DNA of 63,216 nucleotides, the filler included, from Basidiobolus ranarum (lineage: Eukaryota): NCBI GenBank assembly GCA_040143965.1. It is 38 parts of 38 records of this genome, joined end to end, with 100 filler letters (N's around TTAATTAATTAA, not from the genome) between each part and the next. Parts side by side here need not be neighbours in the genome. Positions count along the whole stretch, not along the records: positions 10,040 to 11,611 come from JASJQH010011690.1; positions 11,712 to 13,282 come from JASJQH010011691.1; positions 13,383 to 14,953 come from JASJQH010011692.1; positions 15,054 to 16,624 come from JASJQH010011693.1; positions 16,725 to 18,294 come from JASJQH010011694.1; positions 18,395 to 19,964 come from JASJQH010011695.1; positions 20,065 to 21,633 come from JASJQH010011696.1; positions 21,734 to 23,302 come from JASJQH010011697.1; 30 more parts are not named here. One strand, given 5' to 3'. Shown here in pieces: positions 10,421 to 23,559 of the stretch. The position numbers and the translations under genes were made by a program. The notes under the pieces are model-generated. The model saw only the letters and a program-made list of their open reading frames with translations. It made no database searches and was not told where the DNA came from. Numbering within the stretch: position 1 is the first letter of the stretch; the number at the start of each line of letters is the position of its first letter.

Positions 10421-11485
10421 ATACTGAAACTTACTCTACATTCATAGTTTGAGTAGAGACTCAGCAATGTCAACCCATTTTTCTAATACATCATTTTTAG
10501 CAACTGCAACCTGCAGGAAGCCTCATTCTGCCATTACTTCAGGATTTGCTACCCAAATTCCCTAGCGTGAAGACAAAGATTGTTGATTCTTGCTACTGAT
10601 ATATCATCTGTTTCTCTTCTGGCCTTGGTCAATTCCTTCCTTATTAATGTGGGAAACATCTTAAACATGGACTTTCTTACTCTTGCACTTATAGTTGCAT
10701 ATTTATGCTATCCTTTGATGTGGGTATTTTAAGTGCTGATTTTTTAACTGTCACCACTAAAATATTTGTCAATGAATTCATAACATTTGTAGCTTAACTA
10801 CTGCAGGTATACTTTGGGAAAGAACCTCATCTTTGAATATTTATTATCTTTGTAGATTTGCTAACTTGGCATCTTTTGGCATTCAAATTAGTGCCTTGGG
10901 AGCCATGCTGTGTGGTACTATGTCTACTTTGCTGAGTGCTACCATTGATGGCATGTTGTTTTGTTAGATTTTTCCAATCATCAAAACTCACTTAGCACAA
11001 AACTCACAATCTTGTAAAACTGCCTACTCATTAATCCTCACCCCCATTTTATTGAGAAATACCAATTCAAAACCATCATGAAAAAGGGTTATGCACTCAA
11101 CAAGAGATAGCAAAAGAAGGCAGCCTAGATGTTGTGAAAATAATAACCAATGAAGTTCTATGCAATCTTGCCAGCCTTAATAATTTGAGTGTAACTCACC
11201 TTGCTAATCAAGTCTGATTCTTTGATACAGTGCCCTCAACAAAGCAGGGCTCAAGGTAGATCAAAATTAGTACATATTGGTCATGACTTTCCAACAAATA
11301 TGCAAACAGAGCAATTTCTCACTTGGTAGTGCTTATTACTCTAGTCATGGTAACAGAGCCTGCAAATAGTCTTCTCCTTTTTTTGACTGTATTGGAAACT
11401 GTTGTTAATTCCTGGAGTGAACTCTTCACCTTCTTGTTTCTTGTGCTTGAACTCCTTACCCTTGCTGGCTTAGATGTAGATTAGG

Positions 11486-11611
11486 TATTGGGAAAATATT
11501 GGCTGTTTGGAGGAACTTTAGAAAAGTGGAGTTGTGAATAGCTTTGTGAGATAATTATTTATTGACCAGAAATTAAGCATTTATACATTTTGGTGGAAAT
11601 ACAGAAAACTA
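11486..11611 (-). repeat. Copia LTR type 2 (partial)
   Basis: TATTGGGAAAATATTGGCTGTTTGGAGGAACTTTAG matches 8509 onward. Confidence 0.9.
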
Positions 11612-11711
11612 NNNNNNNNNNNNNNNNNNNNNNNNNNNNNNNNNNNNNNNNNNNNTTAATTAATTAANNNNNNNNNNNNNNNNNNNNNNNNNNNNNNNNN
11701 NNNNNNNNNNN

Positions 11712-13122
11712 AAACATATTCCTTAGCGTAGTGCAGTTGGAAGTCTCATATATGCAACAACTGGTACTAGGCCTGATATTGCTACAGCAGTAAGCATAGT
11801 AAGCAAATATATGGAAAATCCTACAATGGAACATTGGATAGCTGTGGAACAGCTAATATGCTATCTGAAAGGAACAACACATCATAGGATTCAATTTAGT
11901 AAGCAGTACAACATGTCACCCATTTTGTAAGGATATGCTGATGCAGACTGGGCTAACAATACAGATGACCATGAGTCCAAAACTGGATATGTGTTTTAGC
12001 TAGCAGATGGGCCAATAAGCTGGATTAGCAAGAAAAAACAAACTGTCACATCATCAACCACAGAAGCAGAATATATGGCAAGCTCTATAGCTGTTCAAGA
12101 AGCTATATGCCTAAGGAGTCTTCTCAAGAAGCTGGGGTATGATCAAGTTAATCCTACCCTAATATATCAAGATAATATCAGTTGTATTCAGATCACCAAT
12201 AATCCTGACCATCATTCAAGGATGAAACATATTGACATAAGACATCATTTTATACATGAGAAAGTTGAAGACAAAGAAGTGAACTTTACTTAATGTAATA
12301 CTGAAAACATGCTTGCAGATACTCTAACAAAATCACTCAAAACTTCAAGGTTTGAGAAGTTAGGGGCAGGAATAGGCATTAGTGAAAATAAGCAAAATGC
12401 TGAATAAGAATTAAGGGAAGGTGTTGGATAATTGATCTTTATTCAGTATCATAGTTAACTTTAGTTATGATACATATACCAGAAGCAGAAAGCAACATAT
12501 CTATAGCCCCTATGTTCTAAATAGGATTATCTCTATATCTATATAACTATTGGGAAAATATGGGCTGTTTGGAGGAACTTTGGAAAAGTGGAGTTGTGAA
12601 TTACTTTTGTGCAATAATATTTATTGTCCCAACCTGAAGCATTTATACATTTTGGTGGAAATACAGAAACCCAACACTGCAGTTGTGCTCAGAACATCTG
12701 TGGGAGGAAAATGAGCTATATTTGGGGCAATTTTGATGAGTTTGAAATTTTCAATATAGAATTGCTAATTCTCACATTATTTACATATATGTATATAGTA
12801 TATATTCTGACTAGCAATAGATTGATATTTGACTAAGTACTCTTAACTAACTTATATGTGTTATATGAAATAGTTAGGTGTATTAAGATAGAGATAACAA
12901 ATATGATAAAGATAATAAACTTCAACAATAACAAATATGTCTTATTGCCCCACTTATCTTTTATATCTTATTACACAAACTCATGAATATCTCAAACAAT
13001 TGATTTACTTTTCTACTATATAAGTCACAATATTCTCTTAAGAATAAAGTGACTAAAAGACAGTATCATAAGTTGCTTCTAATACCCAGAGTCTACCCCC
13101 ATTATGTCAAGATCCTCCAACA
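11712..13122 (+). mobile_element. 3' end of a copia element: RT end/RNase H, PPT (~12411-12421), LTR type 3 (12422-13122) carrying a nested solo LTR2
   Basis: TRPDIA, GYADADWA, SSTTEAEYMA, YQDN, KHIDIRHHF, LADTLTK motifs; TTAAGGGAAGG then TGTTGG...CCAACA. Confidence 0.93.
12548..12927 (-). repeat. Solo LTR2 with 5-bp TSD ATAAC
   Basis: ATAAC at 12543-12547 and 12928-12932; the empty site is visible in the LTR3 copy at ~16457-16470. Confidence 0.93.
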
Positions 13123-13382
13123 AGAATGCAAGCCACCAATATTGTGACAGTTCTCTGATCATTTTGTGATCCAAAAGGGTGGATCCAATCCAAATCAAAT
13201 TGATTTTATTTTTGTTAGGTTATAGTAATCAGTGCTGCTTCCAATGCAATTTGATCTTCTAGTTTGGGATGCAGGTACTGCANNNNNNNNNNNNNNNNNN
13301 NNNNNNNNNNNNNNNNNNNNNNNNNNTTAATTAATTAANNNNNNNNNNNNNNNNNNNNNNNNNNNNNNNNNNNNNNNNNNNN

Positions 13383-14555
13383 CAGTTTGATTATTGAGGA
13401 GTGGCGAGTTCAATCCAATCTTAGCAACCAGGTGTTTATTGGTTTTCTTAAACTTTTACCACAGTTGATTGCCAACTGTTGCTTGCCACAGGCCTGGTAC
13501 AAGTGGAAAACACTTGTCAATTGTATGACTGATAATCCTTCAGCAATTAAACTACCTTTATGTCCAAATGGTTGTTTGGCTTTCACCAGTGATCTGAAAA
13601 AACTGAAGCCATGTACTGTTTGCGCCCAATTGGCAATCACTGAATGAGGTAATCATCTTTCATATTTGGCTTATGTACCATTGATTTGCCATCTTAAAGT
13701 TTTGATGAAATCACCCAAATATAGATCATTGATCCAATACCAAAGTACTCACTGTAAAGCCCATGGTATTACAGATATACTTGATGGATATCACTACCAG
13801 AATCTGAAAAGTCAATATTTCTTTGAGAACATGTATGATCATACACTTGCATTGGCTCTGGATGGTTTCTCATTAAACAAATATACTGTTGAAAAGTCTT
13901 GCTGGCCAATAATTTTAATGAACTTAAATCTTTCTCCTTCTGAATGGTATAAGAGTCATAATATTTTGTACTATGCATCATATCTGGACCTAAATCATCA
14001 GTACTTATAGATAGCTTCTTGGAGCCTTTGATTGCAGAATTTGGATTGTTATCTAATGGGGTTCAGATGGGTGAATATTTTATTAAAGCCAATATCATTG
14101 TATGTATTGGCAACCCTCCTGCCATCAGTAAACTTGGAGGTTTTTGCAGGCTGAATGCACTATGTTGCTGAAGATTTTGTCAAATCAATGGATTTTACTC
14201 TATCAGGCATATGCATTACTACTATCCAAATACAACACTAAACTCCTTGATTTTACCATCAAGAGCCCGGTCAGATTCCAACATGATCACTGATATCAAT
14301 TCGCCAAATAGTCAGTCTAACATCAAACTTGGTATTAGCTGTAAGCCTAAGATTATATTGCTAAAGGGGATCAGCTGAAGCCAGAGCTTTCCATTAGGCA
14401 CTACACACTTACTATTCAACAACATTCCAATACTACTTACTCAGCTATATAGTGGAAAATTCAGTATGAATGAGCCATTCAAGATAGGATCAAAGTTTGA
14501 ATCAATTGGGAAAATGCTTGAAAACGTCAAGATAATATCATATTTTACCAGGACC
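13383..14555 (+). mobile_element. CACTA/EnSpm (CMC; Tnp2/Transposase_21-like) transposase, central part, degenerate
   Basis: CPNGCLAF...CTVC, YVPL, ITDILDG, ALALDGF, SCWPIILMNLNL, GPK, DSFLEPL motifs; start overlaps the end of contig 24 and continues into 56681. Confidence 0.88.
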
Positions 14556-14558
14556 GGC

Positions 14559-14953
14559 ATCAATTATCAGCATGGATGATCTTAATCTTTAGACCTGTTT
14601 CAGTCTCCACCATTGCTTTGAACTTCTTGAAGATATTAAAGGCTTCATCCTTACTGGCCAGAAAGTACACCCAAGTATACTTTGTCTTTTCATCAATAAA
14701 GGTCATAATGTACCTTTTGCCACCTAAGGATTTTGTCTGCATTGGGCCACCCAGATTGGAGTGTATCAGGCCCAATTTTTGATCAATTGTGCTCATTCCA
14801 GTGTCCACAAACTCCTGTCTGTGTTGCCTACTGTATAGGCAACCTTTGCATAGCTCCAGATCTGGTGGAACTACAAAATTTAGTCCCAAAACCATCCTGG
14901 TTTTGGCAATCACTGAATCAGGTAAATATCTTTCATATTTAGCTTACATACCA
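14559..14953 (-). mobile_element. Copia GAG-pre-integrase/integrase fragment
   Basis: CKGCLYSRQHR, LIHSNLGGPMQTKSLGGKRYIMTFIDE, IKIIHADN. Confidence 0.92.
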
Positions 14954-15053
14954 NNNNNNNNNNNNNNNNNNNNNNNNNNNNNNNNNNNNNNNNNNNNTTA
15001 ATTAATTAANNNNNNNNNNNNNNNNNNNNNNNNNNNNNNNNNNNNNNNNNNNN

Positions 15054-16336
15054 CTCCCAAATACTTTAACAGGTTATGAGCCCCAAGCTTGGACTCTCTG
15101 TAATGTCTACTTCTCAAATTTATGGAACTTTTCCTTCTTCTGAAAAATTGGATGGAACCAATTATCAATTGGGCCTATGCCTGCACAGCTCAAATACATG
15201 AACCCCAGACTGTAAAAGAGGCCCTGAATGGCCCTCACACGAAATTTTGGAGATCTGCAATGGCTGATGAGTACCAGGCTTTGATTGATAATCAAACTTG
15301 GATTTTAACCAACTTACCTGATGATAGAAAATCAATTGGCTGCCGATGGGTGTTTAAAGTTAAATACAACTCTGATGGCAATATAGAAAGGTACAAGGCT
15401 AGACTAGTAGCCAAAGGCTATTCCCAAACACCAGGAATAGATTATACAGAAACTTTTGCTCCTGTAGCAAAGTTTAATTCAATTAGATTGATTTTAGCAA
15501 TTTCAGCTAAATATCAGTTTATTATACATCAAATGGATGTTAAAACTGCCTTTTTGAATGGTGAGCTTGCTGAGGAGATCTATATGGACCAGCCAGATGG
15601 ATTTGTGGACCCAGAAAACCCTAAAAAAGTTTGCAGACTCCGGAAAACACTCTATGGCTTAAAACAATCTCCAAGAGCTTGGAATAGCAAGATAGACGCT
15701 TTTTTAGAAACACTCAAATTCCAAAAGAGTAATGCTGACTATAGTATCTACTTCAGGCCAGATAAGACAAACTCAGCTTTATTAGCCTTATATGTAGATG
15801 ATCTTATTATAGCAACCAGTGACTTGAAGACTTTGGAGAAGACCAAATCCAGCTTATCTGCCAAATTCAATATGACTGATCTTGGTGAACTGACATACTA
15901 TCTTGGAATCCAAATTAGGATAGATAGAACTACCAAAACAGTAACTTTAAACCAGTCTAAGTATATCCTGGATATACTAAAGAAGTTCAAAATGGAAGAA
16001 TGTAATCCAGTATCTACCCCAATGGAGACAAATCTTAACTTGACCAAAAATGGCTCAGATCAGACATTCTTGGATTCAAATGAAAGCCAAAAATAGCCTT
16101 ATCAACATATGGTTGGTAGTTTGATGTATATCATGGTTGGAACATGGCCAGATATTGCATATTCTGTGGGAGTTATGTGCCAATATCATCAAAATTATGC
16201 ATCTGATCAAATCATAGCAGTTAAGTGGATTTTCAGATATTTGAAAGGTACAGTGGATCTATGCTTAAAATACACATATTCAGGATCAAACTTTGATCTG
16301 ATGGGATATTCAGATGCAAATTGGGGAAGAGATATT
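15054..16336 (+). mobile_element. Internally deleted copia: LTR1 end, PBS (15072-15083), ~22 gag codons fused to a near-intact RT
   Basis: Gag start [22 protein letters not shown] joins WAYACTAQ... at ~15168; ORF 15122-16096 has [29 protein letters not shown]. Confidence 0.93.
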
Positions 16337-16624
16337 GTTGGATAATTAATCTTGATTCAACATTATAGTTAACTTTAGTTTTGATACATATATCAGAAAC
16401 AGAAAGCAACGTATATATAGCCCCTATATTCTAAATAGGAATATCTCTATATCTATATAACAAGTATGTCTTATTAACCCCACTTATCTATTATATCTTA
16501 TTACACAAACTCGTGAATATCTCAAACAATTGATTTACTTTTCTACTATATAAGTCACCATATACTCTTAAGAATAAACTAACTAAAACACACTATCATA
16601 AGTTGCTTCTAATACTCAAAGTCT
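16337..16624 (+). repeat. Copia LTR type 3 (partial) inserted in RNase H
   Basis: Matches 12422-12547 plus 12933-13095. Confidence 0.9.
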
Positions 16625-16724
16625 NNNNNNNNNNNNNNNNNNNNNNNNNNNNNNNNNNNNNNNNNNNNTTAATTAATTAANNNNNNNNNNNNNNNNNNNN
16701 NNNNNNNNNNNNNNNNNNNNNNNN

Positions 16725-17522
16725 ATAGATCTCTGCAGCAAGGTTGCCATTCAAATATTTAGTTTTAACATTCATTTGATGTATTATAAACTGATATTTA
16801 GCTGAAATTGCTAAAATCAATCCAATGGAATTACACTTTGCTATAGGAGCAAAATTTTTGTGTAATCAATTCCTGGAGCTTGGGAATAGTCTTGTGCTAC
16901 TAGTCTAGCCTTTTACTTTTTCATATTGCCATTGGAGTTTAATTTAACTTTACACACCCATTGGCAGCCAATTGATTTTCTATCAGCAGTTAAGTTAGTT
17001 AACATTTATGTTTGATTATCAATCAATGCCTGGTACTCATCAGCCTTTGCAGATCTCCAAGATTTTGTGCATGGGCCATTCAGGTCCTCTTTTACACTCT
17101 GGGATCTGTGTGCTCAAGCTGTGCAGGTGAAGGCCAAATTTTGGTGCTCATTAACATAGTACAGAGCTATTTCTGAACCTATTTAATCTCCTTTTTGGGG
17201 ATAAAGTTAATTCAATTTCTGGCATTGTATGGATACTTCAGTATGCAGAATTTTGATTGAGGGGTCCATAGGAATGCTGTTTTCTTTGTTGATTTGGTTT
17301 AATTCATTTTGAATGTTCAGATCAGGAGAAAACTGATTTCAATCATCATATGAGATCATTTTGGGTGAAAACTTCTCATTTTCACTTAACCAAACATCCC
17401 TGTACTTGAATAACTTTGAATTTTTGTATTTTAAAGTCTATAGGCCTTAGTTCGAGCACAATAACCCAGAAAGATGCATTTCTTACTTTTGGATCAAATT
17501 TAGACCAGTTTTTGGTCATGAT
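16725..17522 (-). mobile_element. Degenerate copia integrase C-terminus and RT
   Basis: Colinear with 18657-19460, with many stops and indels. Confidence 0.9.
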
Positions 17523-18294
17523 TGTTGAAATTAGCAGTTTCGAAGCACCTATATAGTCATATATAGCTTAGTACTTAGTTATCTTATTTTTCACCAGGAC
17601 ATCATCCATTACTGTCAATTGGAATTTACTTAGAATATTTTTACCAACTTTGAAATTCTGCAATATATAGATTTTTTCAAATTTTTGCTAGAAGCCCCAA
17701 ACTTGGCATACATGTTCCTGGGACCTTCCATAACACATTGTACATGTTGTTTTGCTTACATCTTGACAAAACTATGAATGTCAACTTTCTAACCAATAAA
17801 TCAATAAGTGAAAACCATCAATTCCTGTATTTCTCCAAACCACCTCCAACAGGCTCCCAAATACCTTAGCAGGTTATGAGCCCTAAGCTTGCACTCTTGG
17901 TAATATCAATGTCTCACATTTATGGAACCTTTCCCCCTTCTGAACAATTGGATGGAGCCAATTATCAAGTTTGGAAAATAAAAATGAAAATGCGGCTGCA
18001 AGAAAAAGGACTTTGGGACACTGTTGTAGGAGAAGAAAACAATGCAAAACTATCTGAAAGCAAAATTTTACTCCAAGTTAAAAAAGAACAAAGTGCCTTC
18101 AACAAAATTTTTTGTCTTAATGTTAAAGACAAATTGCTAATTCAATGTTCAAGAGCTAAAACTGCCAAGAAGGTATGGAAAGTCTTGGAAGACACCTACC
18201 AAACAAGTTCTGCTACCAACAAGATGTTTCTGAGAAGACAATTCTTTAACTTAAAGATGAAGCCAGGAGAAGATATTCAATCACTAATTAATAG
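17523..18294 (+). mobile_element. 5' end of a copia element: full LTR1 (17523-17871), PBS (17872-17883), open gag
   Basis: ORF from 17876: LDGANYQVWKIKMKMRL...GLW...TAKKVWKVLE...LRRQFFNLKM. Confidence 0.95.
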
Positions 18295-18394
18295 NNNNNN
18301 NNNNNNNNNNNNNNNNNNNNNNNNNNNNNNNNNNNNNNTTAATTAATTAANNNNNNNNNNNNNNNNNNNNNNNNNNNNNNNNNNNNNNNNNNNN

Positions 18395-19964
18395 GGTGTT
18401 CTCCAAAGTCTTCAAGTCATTGGTTGCTATAATAAGATCATCTACATATAAGGCTAATAAAACTGGGTTTGTCTTATCTGGCCTGAAGTAGATACTATAG
18501 TCAGCATTACTCTTTTGGAATTTGAGTGTTTCCAAAAAAGCGTCTATCTTGCTATTCCAAGCTCTTGGAGATTGTTTTAAGCCATAGAGTGTTTTCCAGA
18601 GTCTGCAAGCTTTTTTAGGGTCTTCTGGGTCCAGCAATCCATCTGGCTGGTCCATATAGATCTCCTCAGCAAGCTCACCATTCAAAAAGGCAGTTTTAAC
18701 ATCCATTTGATGTATAATAAACTGATATTTAGCTGAAATTGCTAAAATCAATCTAATTGAATTAAACTTTGCTACAGGAGCAAAAGTTTCTGTATAATCT
18801 ATTCCTGGTGTTTGGGAATAGCCTTTGGCTACTAGTCTAGCCTTGTACCTTTCTATATTGCCATCAGAGTTGTATTTAACTTTAAACACCCATCGGCAGC
18901 CAATTGATTTTCTATCATCAGGTAAGTTGGTTAAAATCCAAGTTTGATTATCAATCAAAGCCTGGTACTCATCAGCCATTGCAGATCTCCAAAATTTCAT
19001 GTGAGGGCCATTCAGGGCCTCTTTTACAGTCTGGGGTTCATGTATTTGAGCTGTGCAGGCATAGGCCCAATTTTGGGACTCATTAATATAGTAATCAGGG
19101 CTATTTCTGATCCAATTTGATCTCCTGGTTTGGGATAAAGGTACTACAACTTCTGGCATTGTATTGGGCACTTCAGTAGGCAAAATTTTGGTTGAAGGGT
19201 CCACAGGAATGCTATTTTCTTCATTGTTTTGGTTTGAATCAATTTGAATGATTGGATCAGGAGAAAATTGATTTTTGTCATCATCTGAGGTCATTTTGGG
19301 TGAAAATTTTTCATTTTCATTAAACAAAACATCCCTGGACTTGATTAACTTGGAAATTTTGGTATCATAGAGTCTGTAGGCCTTAGTTTGAGTACAATAA
19401 CCCAGAAATATGCATTTCTTACTTTTTGGATCAAATTTAGACTGATTTTTGGTCATAATTTTGACATAAGCAATGCATCCAAAGATCCTCAAATGTTTTA
19501 CATCAGGTTTAACTCCAAACCAAGCTTGATATGGTGTAGAGTTAGACAGACTACTAGTAAAACTCCTATTCTTCAGATATACAGCTGTAGCAACAGATTC
19601 CGCCCAAAAGTTATGAGATAAATTTTGTGCATTTATCATAGATCTTGCCATTTCTATTATAGTCCTGTTAGCTCTTTCAGCAACTCCATTTTGTTGAGGT
19701 GAATAGGGGGCAGTAGTTTCTTGCTTAATTCCATGAACTTTGCAAAAGTGCTTAAATAGTGTTGAAGTATATTCTCCACCATTATCAGTATGTATTTTCT
19801 TGATTTTAGTTCCAGTTTCAGTCTCCACAAGTGTTTTAAATCTCTAAAGATAGAGAGAGCTTCTTCTTTTCTTTCCATAAAGTAGACCCAAGTGTATCTT
19901 GTATAATCATCAATAAATGTGATTAAATATCTTTTCCACCTAAAGATAAATTTTGCATAGGTCC
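18395..19964 (-). mobile_element. Young, nearly intact copia pol (integrase and RT)
   Basis: [33 protein letters not shown]; ~480 open codons with one frameshift near 19840. Confidence 0.97.
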
Positions 19965-20064
19965 NNNNNNNNNNNNNNNNNNNNNNNNNNNNNNNNNNNN
20001 NNNNNNNNTTAATTAATTAANNNNNNNNNNNNNNNNNNNNNNNNNNNNNNNNNNNNNNNNNNNN

Positions 20065-21633
20065 TATCAATATCATCAGCGGATTCTGAGATGGCATCAC
20101 AGATGAGTCATCAGGGAATTTACCAGATATATCCGGTAATTGATGGCAATTTTGGTTTATTACAACCTGTTTCTAAGCAATTTCATTATACCAAGCTTAC
20201 CATCCCAAAATTTCAATGCCGGTCAAAAAGCATTCAAAATCCAAGTCAAAATTGGCTTCCAAGCCACAGCTTGCTGGCACAAAAGGAAAAAAACCAGTTA
20301 GAACAGAGGACTTAATTGATGAGCAGTATAGCAATCCACTATCCCCTTTGGAAGGCATTAACATGTGGAAAGTAACTCTAGTAATGATGAAGCACTAATT
20401 AATATAACAGTTGTGTTTGTTTCTGGCAATAGTGCAAGTGAAGAGATTGTAATCACCCAATTACATAGTAAGTCAATAGTTGAGCAATGTTCAACAAAAA
20501 CACTGTCAAGACCATCAGCTTCCAAAATGGTTTCTTTGCCCACTATTGAAGAACTGTCCATGGTAAATTTGGATACAGTTATTACAACAAGGGAATTACA
20601 GGCAGAGCACTGTAATTATTTGCATGTAATCTTAAGTAAAAACTATGATGTTGCTATGCTGGCTATGACAAGGATTAATGCCACAATATTGCAACTAATG
20701 CAGCAATTGGAAGCAACTAGTCAACAGTTAAAAGTCACTCAACAATGATACAAGATCTTCAGAGTGCTATACTTGAGCTATAGCAACATGCTGCTCCCTC
20801 CATCCATTCTCATATGGGATTTCAATCAATCACACATCATACATATGAATGGCACCTTTACAATCTAGCAGAGCAGAATATGTGTTGGACCATTAAGCCT
20901 ACACAACAACCCAAAATTGCTTGAGCACGCAAAAGTAGAAATCTTATAGGAAAACCGGCAAACCAAAAGACTCTGAATATCAGAGCTGCATCACTTGCTC
21001 TAATGATGAGTGGTTTAACATATTGGAAACTGTACGGAATCTTGCCCAAAATCACCAGGATTTGAGCCAATTGTGGAAAAACCAAAAACCAAGCATTACT
21101 CTGAAGGTTCTTGACTTATTTTATATTGCTTACGCTGGGCTTTTGCAAGCAAATGGCAATTGGGCTAGTATAGGCCTATTCAAGAAACTTCTCAAACATG
21201 TACACAATCATTGACTTGGAAAAGAAAGAAAAGCAGCTAAAGAAGTACTGAAGAAGCAGGAAGTTAGTAAACTCAAGGGAAAAGCAAAGGAGCCAGTAAG
21301 TTTAGACTCTACCGTCCAAGTTACCAAATTCTTCACACCATTACAAAGATCTGCACTTCCTGAGTCAGATATACTGGCAAAAAAGCTTAATTTTACCATA
21401 GAATTGGGAACACCAGTTAGAAGAGTGCTCAATTTGGAAGTTTATCCAACACTTGGCACCAGTCAACAAGACAAAACACCAGTAAATAATGCTCATGGCT
21501 CTCCAACCTCAACTGGTACTTGTCAAAGTGTTGAAATTAGTCCCAAAGGTAAAGGCAAGCAAAAAGCCACACAAACACCACAAAGCACCCTCAGTAGTGT
21601 CACACTACAAGGACATACAAAAATAGTCAAAGA
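20065..21633 (+). mobile_element. CACTA-like element ORF2 region, degenerate
   Basis: MPVKKHSKSKSK...coiled coil...LSQLWKNQKP...GNWASIG; homologous to 40066-41160, which is linked to the transposase start in contigs 24, 25 and 32. Confidence 0.8.
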
Positions 21634-21733
21634 NNNNNNNNNNNNNNNNNNNNNNNNNNNNNNNNNNNNNNNNNNNNTTAATTAATTAANNNNNNNNNNN
21701 NNNNNNNNNNNNNNNNNNNNNNNNNNNNNNNNN

Positions 21734-22760
21734 AGTTTACCATTGGAATATTTCATTACCATACAAAAAGCGCTTAAATTCTTGGTCAAAATTGGATTCC
21801 AAGACAAAGCCAGCTGGCACAAAAGGAAAAAAACCAGCAAGAACAGAGGACTTAATTGATGAGCAGTCTAGCAATCTACTATCCACTTTGGAAGGCATTA
21901 ACTTGCTCGAAACTAGCTCAGCAATGAAGAAGCAGTACCCAATTTACTAGATGTGTTCCTTTCCAGTGCTAGGGCAGGTGAAGAGATTGTTATCCCCCAA
22001 ATGCGTAGTATATCAATAGTTGAGCAAAGTTCAACCAAAACACCATTAAGACCATCAACTTCCAAAATGTCTACTTTACCCACTATTAAACAACCCTCTG
22101 CAGAAAATTTGGATAGAACTATTACTACAAATAATCTCAGGCAGAACACTGCAATAATGGTATGCAGTGATATGTAAAAACTACAAAGTTGCTCTACAGG
22201 CCATGACAAGCAACAATGCCGCAATATCAGAATAAATGCAGCATTTGGAACCAGCTAGTCAACAGTTATAAAGTCACTCAACATTGATACAAGACCTTCA
22301 GAGTGCCGTACTTGAGCCACAGCAACATGCTGCTCCCTTCACCCATTTTCATACAGGAATTCAATCAATCCCACACCGTACATATGAACTTCACTGTGAC
22401 AATCTAGCAGAGCAGAATATGTGTTGCACCATCAAACCTACACAATGGACTTGTTCTCTGTGATAGTGCCAGGTTGTGCTATATATATCATATTGGATAA
22501 AGTATTAAAAAATTGATGTGGCACAATTTGGCACTATCCATCACCCTCTACCATGATCATTTCAATCACATTTACTCTAATGCATTGATCCAAGGTCCAA
22601 CAAATCCTGGCACACTGGAACCAGTCCAATGACCTGAAATTGCTTGGGCACATGAAAGTAGAAATCTCTTAGGAGAAACAGCAAACCAAAAGTCTCAGAA
22701 TGACAGAGCTGCCAACACTTGCTCTGATGATGAGTGGTTTAACATTTTGGAAACAGATAT
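21734..22760 (+). mobile_element. CACTA-like ORF2 copy carrying a MITE insertion
   Basis: Aligns with 20195-21030. Confidence 0.8.
22448..22626. mobile_element. ~180-bp MITE, copy 1
   Basis: TIR GACTTGTTC...GAACCAGTC, flanked by CAATG on both sides; absent from other ORF2 copies; inverted match to 23671-23850. Confidence 0.88.
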
Positions 22761-22818
22761 CAAACTTGGTTTGGAGTTAAGCCTGATGTAAAGCATTTGA
22801 GAATCTTTGGATGCATTG

Positions 22819-23096
22819 GGTTAGGGGGGATGAAAAGCACCAGATGGTGTGGACTTTATTTAGCTTAAATACTAATCTAAACAAAGCAACAATCAAGGCA
22901 TCAATCTTTTAAGATATTGTGACAATACCAGATCATATCCATACTTAACCTGATGACCAATGTAATCAAGCTCAGAGAATGTAAATATAGTGTTAAGGGG
23001 CAAAGGTGGTAAGCAGAAAGGAAGGTACTCAGTGCAAAACAGATGGACAATAGGACAAAAACCTGGAATAACGGGAATTAAGAGAGGTGTCTTAGG
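22819..23096 (-). mobile_element. Family C retroelement-like 3' end joined to a copia integrase fragment
   Basis: ORF end ...LPPLPLNTIFTFSELDYI...YLKRLMP* (similar to family A LPPTPLNSVLDFTELSFL); AATAAAG, CACC-ATCT-GGTG, CCCCCCTAACC. Confidence 0.72.
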
Positions 23097-23302
23097 GATA
23101 GGGGGGTGACAGTCACCAAAAGGTGAAATCTTTATTTCAAACAAAACAAAGAAGCCATTACTACTTTTGTAGTTTCTTAACTAATGTATGGAGATCAGGA
23201 GTATTTGTATGAATGTTGCCAAGCAGAAAAGTTAAGTCAGTAGAATCTAAGACACTATTAAGTGGAGTGGGAGGGAGTAACAAAGGTAAAAATGGTTTGT
23301 CA
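23095..23302 (-). mobile_element. Family A element stacked on C
   Basis: Near-identical to the reverse complement of 1-187; minus-strand junction CCCCCCTATCCCTAAG. Confidence 0.75.
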
Positions 23303-23559
23303 NNNNNNNNNNNNNNNNNNNNNNNNNNNNNNNNNNNNNNNNNNNNTTAATTAATTAANNNNNNNNNNNNNNNNNNNNNNNNNNNNNNNNNNNNNNNNNN
23401 NNGGGAGCCTTAACCTAGTCTGTCAATGTATGGTACTTTGGCATTTCAGCCATACAAGCAACTGATTGGCCTTAGACTTTGTGTTTAGATGCAGTCATTA
23501 TACCCTATACTTTCCTCTTTGGAAATTACTTCTTGTACCGCAAGTCACCAGACTTTCAA

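Noticed and set aside
11040-11485. Stop-interrupted protein-like frame on the minus strand
   Set aside because: CpG-depleted, no recognisable motif and no second copy; probably an unclassified transposon remnant.
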